Source: Phallusia mammillata (Eukaryota). From it: a stretch of DNA of 64,000 nt. Under the pieces are notes generated by a model. It saw nothing but the letters and a program-made list of their open reading frames with translations, ran no database searches and was not told the origin of the DNA. The DNA is taken from positions 5,394,001 to 5,458,000 of the forward strand of contig OZ281499.1 of NCBI GenBank assembly GCA_965637545.1, in the 5' to 3' direction. Shown here piece after piece: positions 12,101 through 22,583 of this stretch (its first letter is position 1; every line of letters starts with the position of its first letter). The position numbers were made by a program, and so were the translations under genes.

Positions 12101-15100
12101 ACAAAATAGCCATGAAAGCTTCCAAAGTTGCAAACTGCAAAGTTCATAATTAGTTGACAGCTGGATGACCGTGAAGTTATCCCGAGGTCGCAAGGTTATA
12201 GGTTTAAATCTCATGACGGTCACCCAACTTCTTGGGGGTCAGATAAGTTTTAAATAGTGAGCGAGAGTCTCTTAACTTACAGACCCGAACCTAAACTCTC
12301 GGACACAGACAAAATATCATAGGTCTCCGCAATCAGGAGGTCTCATTACCTAAAGTTTAACATATAAATAGAACTTGTTGGGATCAATCCCCTATGCAAG
12401 TTGCTAGACTTGCGTTGTACCAAATAATGCGAATAAGTGCAACATAATCTTACTAATTAAAGGCTACAGATAATAATCAGTATGCAATCAAATGGAATGG
12501 CCGATTGAACGGTACGCAATCATTAAAGACATCAGACTTTCGGTGGTTTAATAAACTAACGTTGCGGGAAGTAGTTGGCGATTTCTACTTTATTATGCAG
12601 ACCAGCGACCACAACACATAGTACGCCAGGTTTACCAGCTTTACATAGTCCGGCCATCACAGCATGTCCACATATGGCAAGGCATTGGCCAGAAAATCTA
12701 GCCTGCGCTGGGATTCGAACCCACCACAGGAGACTATCACAAACTAGCATTCTGTCGTGAATTCGTAATGATGTCTTTAAAAGACTTAGTACACTTTTCA
12801 CCTGACTGTCAATTCCCAGGGATAAAATAGTGAGAAAAAATACAACTCCCCAGAATTGTGGAATAGGAAGAAGTGAAATAACTTCAGGATACGCAATAAA
12901 CGCTAAACCGGGTCCTGATCTTGCGACTGACTCAATAGAAACGTTCTAAAACAGAAGAAAACGTGTGTTTGATTTTTGTCATTTCTAATGCTTTTTTGCA
13001 ATTGCGAATTAAAAATTGTTTTAGAAATAAAGTTTTAGGTGTCTTGCTTCTTTTTTAATATAGATCAAAACCATTAAACACTTTTTGTGCTTTTCAAAAA
13101 TAAAACGTCCGGACAACCTGATAATTCGCCATATATCCGAGAGTGGAAAACACTGCAACTCCGCTTAGAAAGCTGACCAAAGTATTGAGGCCAGCAATAA
13201 TAAACGAATCTCTACAAAAAATATTTGTCACAAAAAGTTAATGCATGACGAAACTTAAAAAAACAAACATATTTTTGATACGCAGGATAAACACACTGCC
13301 CATCTTTATGTCAACATTGAAAAACGAAATTTCGCCTAAATGTATAATGATAGAAGGAGAATAATTTTCTTACTGGAATGAGGCAGCGTTTGTCAATATT
13401 GTCTCTTAAAATTTTCCAAAGAACTCGATGTTGTTTCAGATATTTTATTATAGTTTAGGATATAGGCTAGTCTATCTTGTGACACAAATGCCTTTTTGAC
13501 AGTGTTCCATGCCGTTGTGGCTTACGTTAAACAGAACAAGAACCTGTACAATATTAACAATTGTCGTTTTTTTTTTTTTTAACACCTAAAATTGTTTTAG
13601 GGCATTTGTGTCTCTGCTTTTTATTTATTCATGTGAAATCAACTCAACTGCACAACAGCGATTGAAATCAGCCTAGATGTTTTGCACTGTTACCTCCAGA
13701 AGTTATAATGGAGTTTGTTGTAGCTCGCCATCGTAACGAGAGGTAGAGCTCCAACAGAATAAGAAAATAGCAATTGGGATCCTGCAGCAACCCAAACCTG
13801 AACAAAAAAACAACCTTTGAAGGCTTATTGAAGTTAGTTATAAACCAGGGCTCTTAACCTTTATTCTAGCGCCCAATATTTGATTTTTTGTAAATAAAAC
13901 AACTTTATACCAATAAACTAATGCATTGTACCGAGTTATTAAAACCCTGAGGTGACTAATGATGTCACACAGTTCAAAAGCCCTGATATCGTAGGCCTAC
14001 CATATTTTCATCACCAAAAAGGAGGACACATTCCCGTTAAAGAATATTAACACTTACTTTTGTGCCCAAGAAAATAAAGGCACAAGATATTTGACGAATT
14101 TCACGTAGTCAATTACTACAGTCCAATTTGGATGAAGTTTAACTTACTATAAATGATGAATTTCAATTTACAACGACCACAACTCGCACTCTTTGACATT
14201 TAGTAAATACAGAAAATTCAAAAGGAGGATATTTGGGTATTTTTTTATTGTCCTTGGAGGACAACTTGTTTTACGTTAAAAAAAGAGGACGTATGGTAGG
14301 TCTATATCAGGGGTGTCCAACACGTGGCACGCAGGGGATTTAAAAATGGCACACAAGCTTTTGCAAATTCAGATGATTATTCTCGCTTCAGTAAAAATTA
14401 GTAAAGTTACACAACCCACTAATTAAATTGTTCGTTTTTTGACAAAACCCCGGTTGCAAACTATTTGTATCTTGTGTCACATAAACATAATAAAAGGTTT
14501 TTGGAGTATCATAAATTGAACCCGTCACGTTAGGACGTTTAAGAAATGGTATGGAAAAAGTACCAAACAGTGGCACGCGAGTATATTCTAAAACAAAATT
14601 TGGCACGGCGGTGTGTTCGAGTTGGACACCCCTGGTCTATATGATATCGACGTTTGAAGACTTTATTCTTGGCGTCGTATTATTACCGTATCTGTTTTAA
14701 AGCTCTGTGCACAGGCTATATAATAGTGAGTATTAATATTTACGAATATGCCAAACTTATAACTAGGGTAGCACGCAGCTCCAAAGGGTATACCAGGCCA
14801 ACGGGCCTAAGGGTTGCGTTAATGCTAAATCATAAGAATAAGGGAATAAGATTTACTTTCAGGAAAATGCAAAACAGGTGTGAAAATTGACCGACGATTT
14901 ATGATGGGTGTCAACACAAAAGGCTTAGGAAACGCTGCCTTAGGCCATCCTTACAAATACCAGACATTATGGTAACTCGCACTTGTATACCTCCGGATTA
15001 TTAAGCTTCGTTGCATCAGGAATTACGTAAAACCGCAACCCCTTACCAGCGCCCTCCAGTGTTACTCCTCGTACCAGAATGACGATGATAAGAATAAAGG

Positions 15101-17883
15101 GGAGGGTCGCTGTGACGTAGACAACCTAGACAAGTCAAACAACAATTGGTTGAGCTTTAATGGCGTCATATGTATCGGACTTTGATGAAAACAGCGGCAC
15201 ATTCGTACGTAAATCATAAAACGACAGGTCTATTAAATACGTAACACCAATGCAAGCCGGTCTCCCGAGCATTCCCATATGGTAAGGAGGTGGCTACGAA
15301 ATCTAATGAAATATTTGATTTGACTTTCGTCGTGGTACACCACTGAGCCCGTGCAGCTCAGTTGGTAGAGGGTCAGTTCTTTATAGGCTCCTGTCGAGGA
15401 TTCGAATCTCACCGCAGGCTAATTGTTTTTAGTTAATTACTTGTCGCATTGGAACGGCTGGAAGACAAACTTGGTTCGGTATGACCCTTTTAATAGACTG
15501 GATTATTACAACTAAGAAAAAAACTTCCGCACTAGTTCAATTTATACAGTTTTTTACAAATTGTTATTTTTTAAAACTTGCAAAAGGATTGTTCATACAC
15601 GCATATGGTTGTTGTTGGTTACAATATTGCGACATAAAATATATCACCTAGGAATGTTCGCAGTCATAAACACTACAGACTTACCTTTGCTGTCGATTTC
15701 ACACCTTTCAACATGCAGAAGTAAAACACAACCCACAGAAGCAACATGTATACGACCAGATCTTGAACTAATGCTCCAGGCTGATCAAGACTAGGGGACA
15801 GATGCAGAACTTCATTGCTATGAAACATTAAAACGAAAAACGTTTTAATAAGGCGCGGAGTTGTTATTTGGGTAATGTCCCTCTGTGAATTAAAAATGTT
15901 GCTAAAATATCTTTTTTAACCTAAGAATTCTTATAAATGTCAATACCTTTTGGTTTCAATTAAAACGAGTTTCAAAAAACATGAAATGAAAAAATCGTAA
16001 AATGTTTCACTGAAACTCACATCCCCCTATAGAACGCAACCATATGTTGGCAACCACTACGTTTTCTTTAAAGATTTCACTCTATTTGTCAAGACACTTC
16101 AGCAGACATTAACTTAAAAAATCCAAAATCCAACTTACACAAAATATTCGTTCGTAGCCGAGATTGATTTATTCACGTGATAGGTCAAATTGAAATTGGA
16201 CGTTCGGTTGATGTTGCTGGAATTAAAAGTTGTGAGATTTTTGACTCCAGCGGCCGTGACACAATGTTCCGTGTTCCAACTGTTGTCACATGTTGACCAG
16301 GGCAAGGTTGCGGAAAAACTTTTAACCAGGTATTTGGTTGTCCATACCAGCACAATGGGATAAGACAAGCTCCCGTAGAACATGATAATCCATTGCGCGA
16401 TCGGCAAACCTAAAAATATAACCAACCAGGGTTTTTTTAAGGTTTGGTTTGGGTGACCGCTAAGTAGTTTTAAGAGACCGCAAGTGTTTCATTTAAATAC
16501 CAAAAAATATCCATATTTGCTTTTTGGGAAACCGCTGGAGAAACCTTAAAAAAAAACACTGTAACCAACAACAAATATTTTAAATTTCGTGCTATGTTTT
16601 AAACTAACTTAGAGCAGATCAAAATGTTTAGTGTAATGAATGTTACGTTTTAATCACTATGTCATTACCAAAGTCAAAATAGATGTGTAATCCCTAGATG
16701 CGTAAAATATCAAGCAAATTAAGGTGTAATTGAAAATGTTGTGTTTGAAAGCCCTTTTCTTCTTTTCTTACTGCTTTTTACTGTACGACAGTCCCATCAA
16801 AGGCGTTATGCCGAATCAAGCTGCATGGTCTCCCAAGCATTCTAATATGGCAAGGCACTGGTTAGAAAAATCTAACCTGCGGTGGGATTTGAAACCACGA
16901 AAGAAGTCTTTCTGAGACTCCGGCAATGGATACTTCAGGGCTAATCCCAATATGAATGTACTGATCTTAACTGTTCAGTTTGTTAGCTTATGGTATGTTC
17001 TATTTTATGCATTGCGAAATCCTAAAGGTATTTTTTAAGTGCTGTACCTCGAAATATGGGAACGATTTTCCAACTTTGGACTGCTCCGCGTCTTACACGT
17101 TGCCCCAAAGAAGTTTCAAGAATAACTGCCGGCACAGCAATTAGAATCGCAAAAATGAAGTAGGGAATCAAAAATGCCCCTAAACAAATATTTTAAATCG
17201 TGTTGTGATAATTTAAGTTAAAAACAAAAACAAAATATAAATACTTCTGAAAAGATCATGTAACAGCATGAGTAAAAAGATTCTTATCAGCAGAATTTGA
17301 AAATCTGATGTACAAACCCGGGGGCCAAATAAGATCAACTCGTATGCAAATTAGGAACTTATATCTGTAATACAATGTTTAAATGGATTGATTTTGTCCA
17401 ATCAAAGCTTGTTCGGTTTTTGAGTTGGGTTCGCTTAGTGTGGAAAATCGTTGAAGCACAATTTCAATGAAATAAGTCCAAAAAAGCTACATAACGTTGA
17501 AACGTGGAGCGTAAAACGCGAAAAAGACAATTAGTTGATCAAATGTCAATGCGCTGCTGTCATTACCAGGCCGCAGACATTGTAAAAGGGTGATTAGGGT
17601 TACACATCATGCCAACTAAAATTGTGTTTGAGTCAAGATAACTTCAAATTCTACATCAAATGTCTAGCAACACTAAAAAGATCAACATTATGGGTTTGTA
17701 CAACAAATATAACATCATACCTCCACCGTTTTTGAAACACAAATACGGAAATCTCCAAATATTTCCAAGTCCCACCGAAGCACCGATTGTTGCAAATATA
17801 AAATCGAATGAATTTTTCCATTCTTGCCTTTTGTGCTTTGCTTCGTTATTCGTTTTCAACCCGGACAAAAATTTACCTTCCAT
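9192..17883 (-). CDS. SLC6 sodium/chloride-dependent transporter, GABA/taurine/creatine-like, 12 coding exons, ~600 aa
   Basis: Exons 5'->3': 17883-17721, 17179-17048, 16409-16139, 15817-15685, 15125-14991, 13797-13694, 13211-13118, 12945-12802, 12134-12006, 11427-11221, 10114-9938, 9305-9192 (1803 nt, phases consistent). Motifs: [88 protein letters not shown]. An exact ortholog is not assignable by eye. Confidence 0.95.
10147..10323 (+). mobile_element. MITE, CAGTGGTGGGATTCA family, copy 2 (SLC6 intron)
   Basis: Homologous to 2646-2827; flanks CATATAAG / CATATATT (6 of 8 match). Confidence 0.85.
10331..10455 (-). mobile_element. Truncated left end of the 38869-type MITE
   Basis: Reverse complement of the first ~125 bp of 38869/63278, ending GTTTGGGAACCACTG. 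Confidence 0.85.
12600..12770 (-). mobile_element. tRNA-derived SINE-like element, family 1 (SLC6 intron)
   Basis: Reverse strand reads GGGTTCGAATCCCAGCGCAGGCTAGATTTTCTGGCCAATGCCTTGCCATATG, matching the body of the 8257 copy. Boundaries approximate. Confidence 0.75.
14308..14634. mobile_element. hAT MITE (CAGGGGTGTCCAAC TIR) in an SLC6 intron
   Basis: Perfect 14-bp TIR and perfect 8-bp TSD GTCTATAT. Confidence 0.92.
15317..15490 (+). mobile_element. tRNA-derived SINE-like element, family 1 (SLC6 intron)
   Basis: CAGCTCAGTTGGTAGAG A box, GATTCGAATC B box and the same ~30-bp leader as the 8257 copy. Confidence 0.75.
16427..16561. mobile_element. 135-bp hAT MITE next to the SLC6 exon 3 acceptor
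   Basis: TIR CAGGGTTTTTTTAAGGT / ACCTTAAAAAAAAACACTG; perfect 8-bp TSD TAACCAAC. A related end fragment lies at ~40005-40081. Confidence 0.88.
16790..16945 (-). mobile_element. tRNA-derived SINE-like element, family 1 (SLC6 intron)
   Basis: Plus strand ccgaatc..atatggcaaggcactggttagaaaaatctaacctgcggtgggatttgaaacc matches the other copies. Boundaries approximate. Confidence 0.72.
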
Positions 17884-18252
17884 GTTCTTTCAGGCAACTG
17901 TTCGGTATAACACTAATCACTTGACCTGGTGCAAATTATATGATGTGATTTTGCGAGGATTTACTGTAAAAGTATGTCCTGGGGCAAGGATTATTTTTCG
18001 AAAAAGGGCTCAGCGTTAGTTGCTAATTTATTTAGCCTGCAGCTCTTGTACTAAAATTATTTAGGTAACGAAATGCTATGTATCGTCGGCAAAATACCAA
18101 AAAGTCAACTGCAACTTTAGAAACATGACACACGGACCTCACAAGCAGTTCATTCACATCAAAACTGCCAGTTAACCAATTATAATGAACGTATTTCTGC
18201 TGCAGACGTCTCAATATTCGGTGTTGTCATAAAGGGCATTGATGATGACAAC

Positions 18253-18330
18253 AATGATTATGGAACGCCTGCCAGTTAATAATGACCAAACAAATGATTA
18301 TGGAACGCCTGCAAGTTAATAATGACCAAA
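18253..18330 (+). repeat. 40-bp tandem duplication upstream of SLC6
   Basis: aatgattatggaacgcctgc(c/a)agttaataatgaccaaa occurs at 18253 and 18293. Confidence 0.95.
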
Positions 18331-19609
18331 ACCAGTCTTTCGCAGTTTTGTTTTTGGTTAAATTTTTCTTAGATTTTGGACAAATGTTTAACATAGCAAA
18401 CTTTTAGGTCGCGCACAGTTTGACTCTGAACATTTCAAACCAATTTATTTCATTTTTAAATCTATGCCGCATTTTACACCCTTCCTCATTCTGGAAACTT
18501 CCTTTCAAATACTCGGAAATTTGGGGTTGAACTTTTGGGTGTGGCTGAACCAGCTTACAGACCGGGTGGCATGTTAAACATCGATTGATTACTCCTGGTG
18601 ACCAAACACTCTTATAACTTCTTACAAATTTCTACTAACCATCAATATAGTTGTCACACATACAAAGTTGTTCAAAACTTGCGAAGTTTTATGTTGTGCA
18701 TGAAAATGATTTTGGTCATAAATGAGATGAAAATAAGGTTTTAGCGTTGTCTTGCACACCAGCACATCTCAACTGAGCTTTTATACACTAGTTAAAAGTT
18801 GCAATTTTCAAAACGTATTTTTTTTTCTTTTTTCTTGGAAATGTCTTGGTGCCCACGCCAAGTCAATTATAGTACAATGAACTTATTCACGCCTACGCAC
18901 TTTAATGCCAAATTAGAGACATTCTAATTCGGGAGTCACTTTTCAAGTCAAATTGCTACAAGAATAGACGAAATGGTTGGTTTTATAAGTGTGCGTTACG
19001 ATACAAGACCAAATGCCCGTACATACCGACAGATAAACGAGCGACATGCTAATATGCAAATAGGATATTTATTAAATGCTGATTGAATGGTATAAGTTGT
19101 TAATACAAGTTTCTGTTGTTTTAATGTTTTGCGAGCGGTACCATGTTTCAGTATTTTCTACTAAGCTATTTGGCCTAAACAAACTCTTAAATCGTTTATT
19201 AGTTTGTAGAATTTAGCCGATTTGCAACAATTTAGAAAGTATGATTTAACTTATATATTATCTGATGTGTTTTAAACCGAAAATAAATCAATAAATATTG
19301 TCTGATGACACGTGGCAAGATTTTGATTTCATTGAAACCGAACATTTTACAAACAATTACCTGAGTCAAGCGGTAATTTTTGTCAAATTGCAAAGTAGCC
19401 GGGGTGATTATAACACTGATCAACACATTATTTCATGTTGACTCCTAAAGCACATTTGTACATTTTCTTGTCGCACCCAATAACCCATATAGTTGTAAAC
19501 AATAAATGCATGCGACATTTAAAATATTCTTACACGTAATCGTTGGGCAGAACTATCCCAAAATACTAAAACTGTAAACTAATGCCACCACCTTCCAGAG
19601 AAAAAGACC

Positions 19610-19700
19610 TATTGAAGGTGTAACACCGAATCAGCCGGTCACCAAGCATTTCCAAATGGCAAGGCGTAGGCGAGAAAATCTAGCCTGCGGTGGGATTCCT
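19610..19700 (-). mobile_element. SINE family 1, 5'-truncated copy
   Basis: accgaatcagccggtcaccaagcatttccaaatggcaaggcgtaggcgagaaaatctagcctgcggtgggattc; a shorter fragment of the same body lies at ~42865-42900. Confidence 0.75.
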
Positions 19701-20413
19701 TGGCGATACGGCATTCCGACCTTTGTTACTAATCTCGGGTTTGATGTTTACTGTTCATTAACTCCCCCCTGACCTGCATATTTTGGCACCGAACTTATTC
19801 ATCTACTTCCTGCTGAGTTCGTGTAGTAGCTTCACTACCACCGTTGATGATATTAATCAATCAATCAACGCACGCCCAGTAAAAGACACAACAATATTGG
19901 TAAGTTACTCTTACGCCTGTTAAATGTGTAAACAGCTTTTCTGCTATTGTGAGGTTTTTCCGGCGTTTTGGTAGCTTGTGCAAATTATTATCGAACATAA
20001 ATTATTTTAATATTTTCTCAACAACAAAATTTAAGTTTTGCCTTATATTTTTTTGACCAAAATTTTTATTAGGCAATTTATAAAGCTCAAATTCTAGCCA
20101 CTAATGCCGAGGCCTAATTGGCTCGATTAAAAAAAATCAAACTTAACTTGGATTTAACTTAAGTGAACAAAAACTCGTTTTCTAACTCAAGGCAGTCTTA
20201 TTATAAAAATTTGCAAAGAAATTTAAATTGATTCATTTCGGTTTTTACCGTTTGCCCCACTATTAAGTTATAGGTTGCAGTATTTTAACAATAAATGCCC
20301 AATAAGTAACCGATGAAAATATATACAATACAGAAACCCGCTATAAAAAGTCAACTCAGCTTGGGTAAAATTAAACACTGTATTTATCTTAAACTATATC
20401 TTATACAAAAGTC

Positions 20414-20529
20414 ATTTATCCGGATGAACTGAAGGAAGTGGTGACTGACCGTGAAGTGTGGAGGCTCAATCTCGAGCTGCTGCCCCCGCGACCCTCAAAA
20501 GGATTAAGCGGGAAAGAAAAATGATGATG
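20414..20529 (+). mobile_element. 5'-truncated RTE-type LINE 3' end
   Basis: Encodes PDELKEVVTDREVWRLNLELLPPRPS..* (RTE C-terminal DRxxWR motif), has an (ATG)n tail and an 11-bp TSD ATACAAAAGTC (20403-20413 / 20530-20540). Confidence 0.85.
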
Positions 20530-22583
20530 ATACAAAAGTCGGAACTGAAATGCTGTGATTCAGTCCTGTGTGAAATAGGTTCAATGACCTGAAACGCACT
20601 TTAACCAATAGGTTACCAAACCTCAAAAGCAGAACCTTGGCAATCTATTGTCATAAATCGCGTTTGTCCATTATGTTGGCCCTGAGGCGTATATGATACA
20701 TCGCGTTTTTAAAAAAGTTCCATCGCGAAAATCAACTTTACTGCATGGAAGAATGCCAAATAGTTGATTAAAAAAACGCAAACCACTTCTCAAGCTTTGG
20801 TTTAACTACAAACCTACTAAATATTCCCCTCCACTATTTTCCTGCTTTACAACGTATACAGTTCGATTAAGCTCTTGTATATGAACCTGCCGTTGTTAAT
20901 GTTAGCTTGCTGAATTATATAATGTCAGTTTATCTGATTCTTTAGCCTTGATTTTTATCTGTCTGCGAATGGTTGGGGAAGTAGATAGCTCGCGTCCATA
21001 TCAAAACAATGCTAGCTATACACGGGCTCTTACCCGGCAAGGTACTAAAGTGCTAAACATGGAATTTGTCATCTTAAAGTATAATCTATCAAACCTTCCC
21101 AAATACACACAGTACACAAATCCATATAAATAGCACCTTTCTAAGTTTCAGTAAGGGATCTTATACAACCTTAAACAGTTTCTGAATAAGGTCAATAGTT
21201 ATAACCATTAGACAATTTTGCCGGAAAATCTTCCCTTTTTCTGCTTTTTTTCTATTTTGTACAATCTACTTACAACTCACATTCGAATACCACCGCGGTT
21301 TGGCGCAATTCTGTCTAATCGGTGTTTCAGCCGCACTGATATAATAAATGCTTGTCGAGTAAACACCTCGTTAAAGAAACTACCGCATTTTTCGTGTATA
21401 TATTACGATGCGCTATCGGGGTTTGTTGTTATGACTGCAGGGCGGCGGACCCTATCACAAACAATGTTATTTATTTACAGTTAGAATACGATGACAATAA
21501 TTTCGAAAGAGAATACATATTTTCGTACCCATACAACCAAATTTGTGGCAATTGGGTTCACGGAAAGTAGGTAACATAACTAAGTACATTTTTATCACGC
21601 TGCTACTTGTTTTAGGATATTTTCATTTTCTTGTTTTAAAAAAAACCCATTAACGGCTACAGTTGAAAAATTCTCTCACACGAACTGACAACATCAAAAA
21701 TTATTGTAAAACTTTTTTGTGGCCTCATTTTATAGAAACAAAAACTTACTTAGCACTCAATTTGTTAAACTTAAAATTGATCAACTTTCCCCCCGGAATT
21801 TTAAAAATTTATTCGTCAACAACCGCCAAATATTGTGCGGGTACCATGCACAAATAAATCGCCAAAATGGCGCCAAATTTGTACTGTCTTTGTTCTTGTC
21901 GTTGGCGGCGTATCCTTGTCGCTTTTCATAACATAATAGCTTTATTCCACATTTTTGTCGTCTTCTTCAACTATGGATTTAGGATGGCCTAAGCAACCTC
22001 CAACAGAACTTTAAAGTGAGTTTCGACAATCTTTAAAAGTCGTTTCGTAACTGTTTGTTTTTGATAAATAATCTATTTTTTCCTGATCTGTTTGCTTTTT
22101 TAAAGTGGAAAAGTCGTTAAGTTTTTGGAAAGTTGGTTTTATTTGTTTAGTGAAGGCAAGAATAGAAAAACACGAAGAAATTAAAAGATAAATGAACACA
22201 CAAAAAACTAAACACATTAAACCGTTCCATTGTTAATACAAACAGTTTTCAGGTGAAGGACAACGAATATATACAATTATAGGACATTAATTGCTTAAAA
22301 GTCCTTTTTAATTTCTTACAGTCATGATAAAATCACGGTATTAAGTGTATTTTGTGACAGGTAAACAATTGGTAGGCAAATTTCATTTTAAACATTTTTC
22401 TGATTTACTTTAGTTATAGCAGTATATTGGTCAGTACTCCTGCAAGATAACTCACATTTGTTACACCAAAAAGCTGAATGCTCATATTGACCTTGGTTCT
22501 AACACTAACACATATACACAATTACACATGCTATTGATTTGTGTCAAAACTAGGGTTGGAACAATGGTTTGTTAGCATGCACA

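Noticed and set aside
12160-12380. Possible additional SINE-like element
   Set aside because: The A/B boxes are too degenerate, with no clear TSD or convincing second full copy in the window.
17660-18019. 119-aa plus-strand ORF
   Set aside because: It is antisense to SLC6 exon 1 and has no domain or splice support.
21481-21570. Plus-strand exon-like segment (LEYDDNNFEREY..)
   Set aside because: It is isolated and no neighbouring in-phase exons or domain could be found.
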